Shown: positions 11,258 through 23,826 of the stretch, in pieces
Layout: each line of letters begins with the position of its first letter
Numbering within the stretch: position 1 is the first letter of the stretch
DNA from: Malacoraja senta
Taxonomy: Eukaryota
Direction of reading: 5' to 3'
Assembly (NCBI GenBank): GCA_038087875.1
Contig: CM075988.1
Span: forward strand, 25,856,001-25,920,000
Length of the DNA: 64,000 nt
Position numbers and translations under genes: made by a program
The notes under the pieces: model-generated
Database searches by the model: none
What the model saw: the letters and a program-made list of their open reading frames with translations, nothing else
Told to the model about the DNA's origin: nothing

Positions 11258-11890
11258 ACATAGAAACATAGAAAATAGGTGCAGGTGGAGGCCATTCGGC
11301 CCTTCGAGCCAGCACCGCCATTCATTGTGATCATGGCTGATCGTCCCCAATCAATAACCCGTGCCTGTCTTCTCCCCATATCCCTTGATTCCACTAGCCC
11401 CTAGAGCTCTATCTAACTCTCTATTAAATCCATCCAGTGATTTGGCCTCCACTGCCCTCTGTGGCAGGGAATTCCACAAATTCACCACTCTGGGTGAAAA
11501 CGTTTTTTCTCACCTCAGTCTTAAATGGCCTCCCCTTTATTCTAAGACTGTGACCCCTGGTTCTGGACTCGCCCAACATTGGGAACATTTTTCCTGCATC
11601 GAGCTTGTCCAGTCCTTTTATAATTTTATATGTTTCTATAAGATTCCCCTTCATCCTTCTAAACTCCAGTGAATACAAGCCTAGTCTTTTCAATCTTTCC
11701 TCATATGACAGTCCCGCCATCCCAGGGATCAATCTCGTGAACGTACGCTACACTGCCTCAATCACAAGGATGTCCTTCCTCAAATTAGGAGACCAAAACT
11801 GTACACAATACTCCAGATGTGGTCTTACCAGAGCCCTATACAACTGCAGAAGAACCTCTCTACTCCTATACTGAAATCCTCTTGTTATTA
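11258..11890 (-). mobile_element. CR1 LINE 3' fragment
   Basis: Minus-strand translation [19 protein letters not shown]...GLSYEERLKRLGLYSLEFRRMKG; catagaaa tail repeats. Confidence 0.9.
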
Positions 11891-12558
11891 GTTGTTCAAC
11901 TATCTTATAATCCTGGGATGGGGGGTGGGTGGGATGGGGGGGGGCATGGGATGGGGGGGGGGGGGAGATCTCATCTCTGCATTGCTCACTGGGCAATACA
12001 CGTTGCCACACGTTTTTACTCAAGTTGCTGTGATCCTTCACAGCCCAAACTGGATGGACATTCACGATCCAACCGGTGGAGATGAAGTTGTCGATGTTAA
12101 ACTATATCTGCTAGCCGGAGGAGAAGGATAAAGAAAATTGCAAGAAGAGTAAAATTAATTTGGGTTGAAGTTTGGATATTATTGAATAAAAGCATTACAA
12201 AAGGGTTTAAATGTAAAATGGCATAAACCCACCATCAATGTTTTTTTGGGAAGGAATGGCAGATGCTAGTTTACACCGACGATAGACACAAAAACCTGGA
12301 GTAACTCAGCGAGTCTAGGCAGCATCTCTGGAGAGAAGGACTAGGTGGCGTTCAGGTCAGATCCCTTCTTCAGACGGCCTACCTTCAGATGGCCAAAACT
12401 GCATAAACCCAGTGTCCTATTCTTATCTTTGGATAGAAACACAAAAAGCTGACACTATAGCTGTAATTTGTTGAATACTGGGCTGAATATGATTCGCAAA
12501 TTATTCATCTGGATTCTTCGGGCAGAGCTTGTGCCAGAGTCGAGTGATTTCACTCACG

Positions 12559-12776
12559 AATAGACAATAGACAATAGGTGCAGGAGTAGGCCATTCGGCC
12601 CTTCGAGCCAGCACCGCCATTCAATGTGATCATGGCTGATCATCCCCAATCAGTACCCCGTTCCTGCCTTCTCCCCATATCCCCTGACTCCGTTATTTTT
12701 AAGAGCCCTATCTAGCTCTCTCTTGAAAGCATCCAGAGAACCCACCTCCACCGCCCTCTGAGGCAGAGAATTCCAC
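12559..12776 (-). mobile_element. CR1 LINE 3' fragment
   Basis: (aatagac)n tail plus 3'UTR matching the copies at 25487, 45311 and 59533. Confidence 0.85.
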
Positions 12777-13305
12777 GAAGGAGGATTGTTTCGCATCTGC
12801 CCATTGTAGTGTTGTGGTCAGATATCCCTCTGATTGGAGCACGTCTGGCAGTCAGCACCCTTTGGTTGGACAATTTGAGGGTTAGTCAGTGGATCCAAAT
12901 CAGCCTGCAGGGCTGAACATTTATAAAACAGTGCGCTCTGTACTGCTTTACACAAACATGAAGGGATTTTAATTGATCAGTATCACTGGTCTCTGTTTTT
13001 GAGTCGTCGGGGAAAGCATAGCAACCAATGGGTCAAAGCAGCTTCACAAACTGGCGGGTTGATGAGCATCAGAGCAGGTTGACGGTTCGGCCAATGTACA
13101 GGAAAGAAACAAGAGAAGTAACGCCACAAGAGCAGATAGAAGAGCAATTACCAGTTTAATGTACGTTCAGTAGTTCACACTTGCTATTCTCAATTTCAAC
13201 AAGGCTAGCAGTGGAAAGGTGAAAGCTCGTGAAAGCACTTCAAAATGCTACTCCTTTGGGCTTTGGAGATCAGATGCAGATTTCTCCTTATTTTCATTTA
13301 GTTTT

Positions 13306-13585
13306 TTTGTTTAGTTTAGAGATACAGCGCAGAAACAAGCCCTTCAGCACACCGAATCCGCACTGTCCAATCCCCATACACTGGTTCTATCCCACACACG
13401 AGGGACAATTTACAGAAGTCAACCTACTAACCTGCACATCTTTGGAATGCAGAAGGAAACTGGATCACCCGGAGAAACCCATGTGGTCATCGAGAGAAGT
13501 ACATACTCGGTATACATAGTACGCGTGGTCAGGATCGAACCCGGGCCTCTGGTGCTGTAAGGCAGCAAGTCTACCACTGTGCCAG
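13306..13585 (-). mobile_element. HE1/V-SINE-like SINE
   Basis: Reverse complement of the SINE body and head. Confidence 0.75.
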
Positions 13586-14774
13586 CCACATTGGATGATA
13601 ATCTATAACAAAATAGATTTCTGTTGTCAGTTTAACACAATAAGATGCCTCAAATTGCTTCACTAGGAGACATTTTTTTGTAAGTAGCACCTGATACTGA
13701 GGCGGGTATGGACAACTGTCGAGCTGGGTGGTCAGAGGTTTGTCAAAGAGCTGATTTTAAACAGTGTCTTAGAGAAGAAAGGAAAGAGACGGAGAGGTTG
13801 ACAAAGGAAATTACAGGAGATGTACCCAGATGTTGAAGTCAAGGCCTTGCTTCACCAAAAGCCATTGGGTGTCATGTGATAGTGAATGGGAGTTGGTCTG
13901 AGTAGACCACAGAGGGCAGAGTTTGAATAAATGGAAGTTTGTAAACAGGAGAATGAGAAGCATTGGAATAGTCCATTCACCATGTGACAAAGGTTGAGGG
14001 ATTCAGTACCAGATGAGCTGAGGCAGGGGCAGATTAGTTTAGTACCGAGGTGGATATAGATGTGTAAGAAGGAACTGCAGATGCTGGTTTAAACCAAAGA
14101 TAGACACAAAAAGCTGGAGTAAGTCAGCGGGACAGGCAGCATCACTGGAGAGAAGGAATGGGTGACGTTTCGGGTCGAGACCCTACTTCAGATGGTCAGG
14201 GACAAATATTGTTCTCCGTGTAGCATAGAGGAATAAACCATAAAGATGTTTAATATACAAGATAGAAACTTTGCACAGCCACGAGAGTCCATTCATGTGG
14301 ACGCAGATGTAACACAATCGATTAAAAATCCAGAAAGGAGAGGAAATAAAAAACTTATTTTAACATTGAATTGTGATCGGGAATCTGACAGCTTAAGGGA
14401 ATGGTAGAACTTGGTTCAAAAATATTATTCATGTGAATTGGATATTTATTGAAGTCTGGACCATGGACCATAGCTTTTCACTGTACCTCGGTGCACGTGA
14501 CAATAAACTAAACTGAACTGATGGGAAAGAATAGCAAGTGAGATTAATTCTAATGGTCTTTCAAAGAGGAGTATACTGTGTTCTGTATAATCCGTCCCTT
14601 CACCCCTGGATTGCCTAAGGAGAGACAATCCTGTGGTTGAGTGGAAATGATACCCGTGTGAGCGTGTGTGAATCATGAGAGCCTTGTTTGGGTAGAAATG
14701 GAAAGTGCCCACATGGATTACAATGTGCAAGCCCCCCGTTGACCTCAGAAGCAACTGCAGGGTGGGAGCCTGGT

Positions 14775-15123
14775 CCTGCAGGAACATTGTTCCCGATGCT
14801 GGGGGAGTCCAGAACCAGGGGTCACAGATTAAGATTAAGGGGTAGGCCATTTAGGACTGAGATGAGGAAAAACTTCTTCACCCAGAGAGTTATGAATCTG
14901 TGGAATTATCTGCCACAGAAGGCAGTGGAGGCCAATTCACTGGATATTTTCAAGAGAGAGTTAGATTTAGCTCTTACGGAATCTTAACGGAATCAAGGGA
15001 TATGGGGGAAAAGCAGGCACAGGGTACTGATTGTGGATGATCAGACATGATCATATTGAATGGCGGTGCTGGTTCGAAGGGCCGAATGGCCTACTCCTGC
15101 ACCTGTTTTCTATGTTTCTATGT
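14775..15123 (+). mobile_element. CR1 LINE 3' fragment
   Basis: Translation LFPMLGESRTRGHRLRLRGRPFRTEMRKNFFTQRV; ttctatgt tail. Confidence 0.88.
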
Positions 15124-15814
15124 TTTCCCCAATAATCAGATCAAAGAATGTACATAATAGGTTGGAAGTAACTGCAGATGCTGGTTTACACCCTCAACCC
15201 GAAATGTCACCCATTCCTGCTCCCCAGAGATTCTACCTGTCCAGTCGAGCTACTCCAGCATTTAATGTACACAATAGGTATCTGTACAAACTTACCCTCC
15301 GAAAATATTCGCATTCAAATTGCATCCCAGCTATTGTGTGAGTCCAGGCCTGGAGTACAACAATGGTTTGTCTCTAGGTACTTGGCATGATTTTACAAAC
15401 CAGCCAATCTTAGCACTGCTGTTAATTGGCTTTGCCCATCAGCATGAGCCCTGTCTAACGAATGGCTTAAACGTCCACTAATCAAAGGCAGCCTGCATCT
15501 TGTACTGCAGTGGTCGCTGTGGCTGCAAATGGTGGTGACCTTGTTGTGGTGTCTCTGCAGCATACATCATAATATTCCAGTGGATCACTGTCAGCATTGC
15601 TTCACATGGTGCAGAGAAAGAACGTGGCTTCATATCTAACAGGAACCAGGAAGGCATTTGTTCCTGGCATGCGCTGAAGCATCACGAGCAGGTTGAGCTA
15701 CTGAGGTGAATCAACAAGGATTGGATGGCGCGCTCGCTGCAAGAAGGAAGTGACCACGCGTGTGTTGATACAGGTCAGTGACCGTTTCTACAGGTGACTT
15801 ATCCCATCAATTAT

Positions 15815-17012
15815 CCAGTCGTTTCCAGTAGAGGGTTAGTCTAACAGTAGAAGGCACAGCCTCAGAATAAAAAGGACACACCTTTGGAATGGAGATGAGG
15901 AGCAATTTCTTTAGCCAGATGGTGGTGAGTCTGTGGAATTCATTGCCACAGACAGTGGTGGTGGCCAAGTCACTGGGCACTTTTAATGCGGACATTGGTA
16001 GGTTCTTAATTAGTAAGGGTGTCAAAGATTATGGGGAGAAGGTAGGAGAATGGGGTTGAGAGGGAAAAATAGATCAGCCGTGATTGAATGGTGGAGTAGA
16101 CTAGATGGGCCGAATGGCCTAATTCTTGTGGTCTTATGGTATCGATATCATTGGAAACAGCAAGAGAAAGATAAAAGTTAATGAAAGCTCAAAGCATAAC
16201 ATTTCCAATATCCCGGCCAACAACCTCTCAATCATCAATAAAAATAAGCCTTGTATACCATTGCACATCACCACCCTAGTTCCATTTGTAACAATTTACA
16301 AACATTGCCAGCTTTCAGAGACACATTACCCAAAGATTTTGCATGATCTTGCAAAACACTCCCTGCTTTGCAGAATAAGGTGGTGCATAACTTTCATGCA
16401 AACTGGCATTTAGTGGAGGAAGTTGCGACCTTGTAACTCTACAGTAGTGTGTGTGCTTGCCTCTGGTGACTCCATGGACATGACTCAGGGGGTCTGAGAC
16501 CAGTGAAGATGAAGGAGCTCATAGTGAATATCCTTCTCAAGGAAGACTCAAGTCACGATTAGTTCAGGTGTCAGAGGTTATGGGGAGAAGGCAGGAGAAT
16601 GGGGTTGAGAGGGAGAGATAGATCAGCCATGATTGAATGGCATAGACTTGATGGGCCGAATGGCATAATTCTACTATTCCTTATGAAGAGAATGTGCTGG
16701 AGATGGGGTGATGATTTAGTGATGAAAGCCACATCAACTGTGTGATGGTTTGGATGGATCAAGTGGTGGAAGGGAAATGTATGCATATGCAAGTTTGTAA
16801 GTGATAGGAGCAGAATTAGGCCATTCAGTCCATCAAGTCTATTCAATCATGGCTGATCTATATTCCCCTCTCAACCCCATTCTCCTGCCTCCTCCCCATA
16901 ACCCATGACACCTGTACTAATCAAGAATCTATCTATCTTTGCCTTAAAAATATCCATTGACGCCCTCCACAGCCTTCTGTGGCAATGAATTCCACAGATT
17001 CACCACCCTCTG
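15815..17012. mobile_element. Cluster of CR1 3' fragments (+ ~15815-16140, + ~16565-16686, - ~16800-17012)
   Basis: Repeated motif gttatggggagaaggcaggagaatggggttgagaggga and its reverse complement. Confidence 0.7.
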
Positions 17013-18113
17013 ACACAGAAAGCAAAACTTGACAAAAGATGTCATAACCCATGAGCTGATCAAGGCCAGGTTAACTCAGAATGAACTCTTCGATGGCAAG
17101 AGCCTCGATCATCTGTCAATGGGCATTTTGGAAAAATGTGCAGAAAAAGAACAATAAATGAGCCAATGTCAAAGTCCACAGTGGCAGCAGAGTGGAGGTG
17201 TGTATGGGGAGAGCTTGGGGGAATTAGCTCCCAATAGTAATGTGATTATAAATAACTCAGTGGACCCCTATAAATCTGCTTGCCTCTGTGGCTCACATAA
17301 TGACTTCAAGAGTCATAGTGATACAGTGTGGAGACAGATCCTTCAGCCCAACTTGTCTGTGTTTGGCACTTATACCTCTACACCTATCCTATCTACGCAC
17401 CTGTCTAAATGTTTCTTAAATTATAGTATCTGCAATAGTAGCTATTATCAATGAGGAGGTCATGCTTGAGATTGTGGCCAAAGTGTAGGAAGGTTAGTGA
17501 GTGTGAGATTGTCGGGATGGCAACGTGAGAGGATAAGCTATGGGGAGCGATGAAATAGAGGCCCAATGATGGAGGAGAGAGAGACAGAGGAAAGGGAAAA
17601 CCTGGGAGTAAAAAGATTAGGATCTGTACTTGCTGTTGTGTCCGCTGCAGGCACAATCGCTCAAACCAGATCACAAAAGCAGATCGTCTGGCTGTGTACG
17701 TTATTCCATTCCCTGCATGTCATTTGTCTGCCTCCAGTACTGCATCGCAACGGTGACTGCACATCAAATGTATTTAATTGTTTAACAAATATTCTGAACT
17801 TGAGAACGGAACTAAAACATGCAAGTTCTTGCCTTCCCCTCCCCTTCCCTGGTCTTGGTCTTACTAACGTCAAACTGTGGGCAACAAAGACACTTCTTCA
17901 GCTTTATAAATCTGATTTCAAATATATAATTGGGACCTATTGTAGGAGATGCTGAATTTAGCAAGCATGTGCTAATTGGTTTGGAAAAGTGATATTACAC
18001 CTTCTATTGAGTTTATTTGCACTTTTTTTTATACATGCAGCTAACATTCTTTAAGAACCGAAGACAGATACAAAAGGCAGGTCAGGCAGCATCTCTGGAG
18101 AAAATGAATAGGT

Positions 18114-18141
18114 GACGTTTCGGGTCGAGACCCTTCTTCAG
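18114..18141 (-). ncRNA. Minimal type I hammerhead ribozyme core in a Penelope-derived repeat (representative copy)
   Basis: Minus strand reads CTGAAGA-A-GGGTC-TC-GACCC-GAAAC-GTC. Helix I is weak (about 2 bp). Confidence 0.6.
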
Positions 18142-18436
18142 ACTGGGAGTCAGGGAAAAGGGGAACGAGAGATATAGATGGTACTTAGGAACAATAAGTG
18201 GAAGATATGCAAAAAGCAACGATGATGAAGGGAATGTGGGACACACAATAGGCTGTGGGATAGGGGATGACGAGTCATACAGGAGTTGTTTAACAACCAC
18301 TGGCATGGTAATGGTTAATGTGTTTACAAACTTCATTGAAACTTGAGCAGCATAGTATTATATCATGTAGCAGGAAGAACATTATGTTGAAGGATTATAT
18401 GCATATAAGAGGCGATTTTCTAATGATGGTAGGAAG

Positions 18437-18610
18437 TTAGATTTCAAGAGAGAGTTAGATTTAGCTCTTAGGGCTAAAGGAATCAAGGGATATGGGGAAA
18501 AAGCAGGAACGGGGTTCTGATTTTAGATGATCAGCCATGATCATATTGAATGGCAGCGCTGGCTCAAAGGGCCGAATGGTCACCTCCACCTATTTTCCTC
18601 TGTTTCTAAG
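18437..18610 (+). mobile_element. CR1 LINE 3' fragment
   Basis: Same 3'UTR as the copies at 6775 and 14775. Confidence 0.75.
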
Positions 18611-18889
18611 TTCTTTGGACTTAAGCCAGAATGGGTGCCAAGTACAAAACCAAAATGTGAGAAGAAATGCCTACAGTTGCTGTATTAGGACTGAAGCAAC
18701 CAAGGGGGCATGAGAATAGCTTTGTTTTGGATCAATTGAGCAGGAATGGTGTTAATGCCAATTGATGATGCTTGTATTTGCTGTCCCCACTAGCAGTAGG
18801 ACTATCAGAGTTGGACTTGCTTTAATAGGCAATGTTTTTCTCCTTGATTCTAATCGCTTAATTAAATAATTTTCTAAAACCTGTTGTGG

Positions 18890-19140
18890 GCGGCACGGTG
18901 ACGCAGCGGTAGAGTTGCTGCCTCACAGCACCAGAGACCCAGGTTCGATCCTGACTACGGGTGCAGCCTGTACGGAGTTTGTACATTCTCCTTGTGACCT
19001 GCGTGGGTTTTCACCGGGATCTCAGGTTTCCTCCCACATTCCAAAGACGTGCAGGCTTGTAGGTTAATTGGCATGGTATAAATGTAAATTGTCCCTCAGG
19101 TGTGAAGGACAGTGTTAGTGTGCGGGGATCGCTGGTCGGT
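18890..19140 (+). mobile_element. HE1/V-SINE-like SINE
   Basis: ggcggcacggtgacgcagcggtagag...ggttcgatcc head plus central domain. Confidence 0.85.
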
Positions 19141-21114
19141 GAAGAGCCGGAGAGGGACGACGTTCACGGAACGACTGGACTGGAGGAGATGGCTACAACG
19201 GGCCTTTGTGGCCAGCTGCCGTTAGGACTGTGAAATGGTGTAAAATGGCACCTCTTGTATGTAGACTTGGTGGGCTGTTCTGTACAATCTGTGCTAACCA
19301 GTGGATTGTACTTATGTATGGTGATAATCTTGCTGAGCTGCATGCAATATATATATATATATAATTGTACCTTGGTACACATGATAATAAAGAAACCATT
19401 GGCCATTGTAAACACAAAGGTGATGTGTACTGTAAATTCCTCATTCTCAGGCTGTGAGAATCCATCAGCACTGTTCTAAAGGCTTAGTTACTGGAGTTGG
19501 ATTTGAACATGCAATATTCTGGGATGAGAGTGCATCATAGTTACAAATAGTTTATCATTGTGCAGTCATTTTTACTGCCCTTCATCCAAATGCCGCACAG
19601 TTATTCAACTGTGAAACTGCGTGAAATATGCTTATGATAGAAGTTGATGGGTTACACCCACAAACTCTCTGGGAAATATTTTTTATGTCCAAAGCAAAAA
19701 GTTAAACATTAACAGTTCTACTGGCTGAGCAGTAAAACAAGAAGTTCATCAAAAGAAACAAAGACCCGCTGGAGTGACTCAGCGGGTCAGGCAGCATCTC
19801 TGCACAACGTGGATGGGTGACGCTTCAGATCGGGACCCTTCTTCAGTGGTGGAAGAGAGGTGGGCCAGGACCAAGTCTGGTGAGTGATAGGTGGATACAT
19901 GGAGGGGGATGGGTGGAAGTTATATGTGGATTGTTGAACAAGAGCCATAAATACAATGCAATAGGTAATTATCTTACAAGATTACAACATCATTGCTGAA
20001 TGAACAGTGATCAAAGGTGACATGAGACGCAGCCCAAGGATGTTCATCCCTCCACCTTTCACACCTCACCCCTTCCCTAGTTCAGAAACCATCATTTTAC
20101 AATTGTTATACTGATCATAAATAAATAAATACATGGAGGTGATCAATAGCTCTGGACAACCAAAGATACAGAAGGCAGCAACAATCTTGTGCTGAAAGCT
20201 GATCCACTAAAGCAAAAGTCCTCTTGCATTTGTATAGTGCCTTACACAACCTCAGGATATCCAACATGCACACAGCAATGGAGCTGAGAGCTAAGTGTGG
20301 TTAATTGTCATCTGTACCAGAAACTGAACAAAGTCTAATTGCAGCAGCGTAACAGGATTGTAAACACGGTAATAGATAACGTAATAAACAAATCAAGGCC
20401 AGGTGGTGCAGTGTTCCAGCAGGTAGAGATCCGGGTTCAATTCCCACCTTGGCGGATTTCTGTCTACGTGGAGTTTGCACGCTCGCCCTGCGACTGCGTG
20501 TTTCCTTTGGGGCTGTACGTTCCTCCCACATCCCAAATACATTGAGGTGAATCGGCTGCTGTAAATATCTCCTGGAGACAGTGTGGGTGGGGGGCAATGG
20601 GGAGGAGGGGGGGGGGGTTGATGGGAATGCTGAGAGATTTTAGATAAAGGAGTACCATTGGATGGGTGCATGGTGGTCAGCAGGGACTCAGTGGGCTGAA
20701 GGGCCTGTTTCCATGCTATCTCCTTGATTCTGTGGAGGAGAACTCGACTGACAAGGACTGCTCTGGAAACGTTCATCTGCAGCCGACAGTGATGAGGGTT
20801 GACACAAAATGCCGGAGTAACTCAGCGGGACAGGCAGGCAGCATCGCCGGAGAGAAGGAATGGGTGACGTTTCGGGTCGAGACCCTTCTTCAGAGTGAAG
20901 AAACTCAGCGGGTGCAGCAGCATCTATGGAGCGAAGGAAATAGGCAACGTTTCGGGCCGAAACCCTTCCGGGTTTCGGCCCGAAACGTTGCCTATTTCCA
21001 TCAAGGTTTCGGCCCGAAACGTTGCCTATTTCCTTCGCTCCATAGATGCTGCTGCACCCGCTGAGTTTCTCCAGCACTTTTGTCTACCTTCGATTTTTCC
21101 AGCATCTGCAGTTC

Positions 21115-21314
21115 NNNNNNNNNNNNNNNNNNNNNNNNNNNNNNNNNNNNNNNNNNNNNNNNNNNNNNNNNNNNNNNNNNNNNNNNNNNNNNNNNNNNNN
21201 NNNNNNNNNNNNNNNNNNNNNNNNNNNNNNNNNNNNNNNNNNNNNNNNNNNNNNNNNNNNNNNNNNNNNNNNNNNNNNNNNNNNNNNNNNNNNNNNNNNN
21301 NNNNNNNNNNNNNN
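21115..21314. other. Assembly gap (200 N)
   Basis: Run of N. Confidence 1.
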
Positions 21315-21604
21315 CCTCTGGTGCGGCAATAATTCCTCTGGTGCGGCAATAATTCCTCTGGTGCGGCAATAATTCCTCTGGTGCGGCAATAATTCCTCTG
21401 GTGCGGCAATAATTCCTCTGGTGCGGCAATAATTCCTCTGGTGCGGCAATAATTCCTCTGGTGCGGCAATAATTCCTCTGGTGCGGCAATAATTCCTCTG
21501 GTGCGGCAATAATTCCTCTGGTGCGGCAATAATTCCTCTGGTGCGGCAATAATTCCTCTGGTGCGGCAATAATTCCTCTGGTGCGGCAATAATTCCTCTG
21601 GTGC
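21315..21604. repeat. Perfect 20-bp tandem repeat (cctctggtgcggcaataatt) x >=14.5
   Basis: Identical units with no spacers; the array runs into the gap. Confidence 0.97.
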
Positions 21605-23469
21605 AGCAAATCTTTTCCTGAACTCTGTGGCTTCAGCTTACCCTCTCCTTGTAAACTCCTATCCTCCAATCCCAGCCATGCATGCACCCCTGATTTAATT
21701 CCTTCATTTAGCTGCTAATACCTTGTCTGTCTATCTCACTATCTTTCTTTCTTCTTTAAATACACTGGTTACAACCTTTGGTCACCAGTCCTAATATTTT
21801 TTTGCATTATAAGATGTCACCTTTAGTTTGGCAAGTACTCCTGGTAAATAATTTTGGATATTTGACGGTATTGTGGTGGTGCAGCAGTTAGTACTGCTGT
21901 CTCACTCCTTTGGGTTTCAGGTTCATTGCTGTTCTCAGCTGCTGTCTGTGTGGAGTTTGCATGTTCTCCCTGTGACCACATCCCAAAGGCATGCAGATAG
22001 ATTAATTGGCTACTCTAAATTACTCTTTCAGAGTTGCCTAATGACAAAAATAATTGGAAGAATGTCGAAAGATATTCATGAGAGAGAATGATTTACAAAG
22101 TAAAGAGAGATTATGATGGGGAGATTGGGATTGATGGAAATGACATGGACCTAAAAAAAACAGTGTGATTATAAGGTTCATCACCCTCATAACCTCGTGA
22201 TCGGAGATGAGTAGTTTGTTTAATTGGGCTGAAGAGAACACTTCCCATCAGGTATGATATCAGATACCTGCTGAGTTACTCCAGCATTTTGTGTCTACCT
22301 TCGGTGTCAACCAGCATCTGCAGTTCCTTCCTACATGTGATATCAAAGCCTTTTCTGTGGCTCCAGGCTGTTTTAGTCGTTCATATGCGCACACACACAC
22401 ACTTGTACATGGGCACATGTTAATGTGCTGCACACAGACTTGCAACACATCAGCCTTATTGATAGAGGTACGGTAGGTGCCAGTTTAAAAAAACTAGCAT
22501 GAATATCTGGCTTAAGATTTTATGAGCACAGAGGACCTTTTGTACCTTGTTCCAGGTCAGAAGCACAATTCATGTAAACGCAAACTTGCAGGTGAATTTC
22601 AGCCAAATTGTCAACATAACAGCGATTGCCAAGGCTGTGGGAATGTCAAGAATTCTCTAAAAGGGACGGTGCGTGCATGCTCAGCAGCTCTCTCTTCTTT
22701 GATACATTAACTGCACAAACACATGCTGACACGCCAACCCTGACTCCACATGTTTTACTACTTACCATAACTGTAAACACGCACATTCACTCTCTCACCA
22801 TGAACAGCCAACCACACACAATCTCATTCCAAAAATAACACTAATACCATACACTCATCCTCACAATAGACCTGCCACACTCTCGCATTCCTCTGTAATC
22901 CTAACCCCACACAATATATTTCTTGGAAAGTGAACTTTTCACCACACAGAACAAACGTCCAAAATCAACTTTGTCAAACATCATTAAAACAATGTTTTTT
23001 TAAAGTACTATTTTGACCAGGAAGTGATTTGGAACAGGAGGCTGGATTAATTTAACTGATGTGTAAGAAGGAACTGCAGATGCTGGTTTAATAGCTGATT
23101 CTGCACTCAGATAGGCACAAAAAGCTGGAGTACAGTAACTCCAGAGATGTTGTCTCACCCGCTGAGTTACTCCAGCATTTTGTGTCTTTCTTTAATTTAA
23201 GTGATGTTGGGTTATGACAGGAGACTAAATGAGGTGCAGAATCAGCTATTAAACTGCTTGGCACGAGGGAGCTAAAGCAGAGGAAAGCAGGAAGAGGGTG
23301 CTGGGGAAGTGGGAGCTGGGTAGTGGGAAACTAGGAAGTTGAGGAAATGTGTAGGAAGGAACTGCAGTTGCTGGTTCACACTGAAGGAAGACACAAAATG
23401 TTGGAGTAACTCAGTGATTTTGTTTTAACTGTGTTGACAGAAACCAAACTAGAACAAAAGTATATTCAT

Positions 23470-23826
23470 GTGTAAAGAGGAACTGCAGACGCTGGTTTAA
23501 ACCGAAGACAGACACAGAGTGCTGGAGTAACTCAGCGGGTCAGGCAGCATCTCTGGAGAAAAGGAATAGGTGATGTTTTTTAGACTGAGTCTGGGGTGAG
23601 GGAAACTAGAGATATGAAAAGATACAAATAACATGACAATCAGTGCTGGCTTTGATTTGTTCTTTTCGTACCTTTCATTCATTTGTTCCTTGTACCTTTT
23701 CATATCTCTAGTTTCCCTCTCCCCGACTCCAAATCTGAAGAAGGGTCTTAACCCGAAACGTCACCTATTCATTTTCTCCAGATATGCTGCCTAACCTGCT
23801 GAGTTACTTCAGCTTTTTGTATCTAC
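23470..23826. mobile_element. Long fold-back Penelope-derived element with hammerhead core at 23735-23762 (+)
   Basis: Inverted arms such as gggaaactagagatatgaaaa / ttttcatatctctagtttccc; core CTGAAGA-A-GGGT-CTTA-ACCC-GAAACGTC. Confidence 0.75.

Noticed and set aside
11914..11966. G-rich tract with G-quadruplex potential
   Set aside because: Homopolymer-like G/C runs are common in this window and error-prone; no functional context.
15561..15690. Exon-like segment with acceptor and donor
   Set aside because: No convincing open frame or homology; a non-coding exon cannot be supported from sequence alone.
21315..21604. CRISPR-like array and repetitive ORFs
   Set aside because: Units are contiguous with no spacers, the context is vertebrate, and the ORFs are artefacts of the repeat and the N run.
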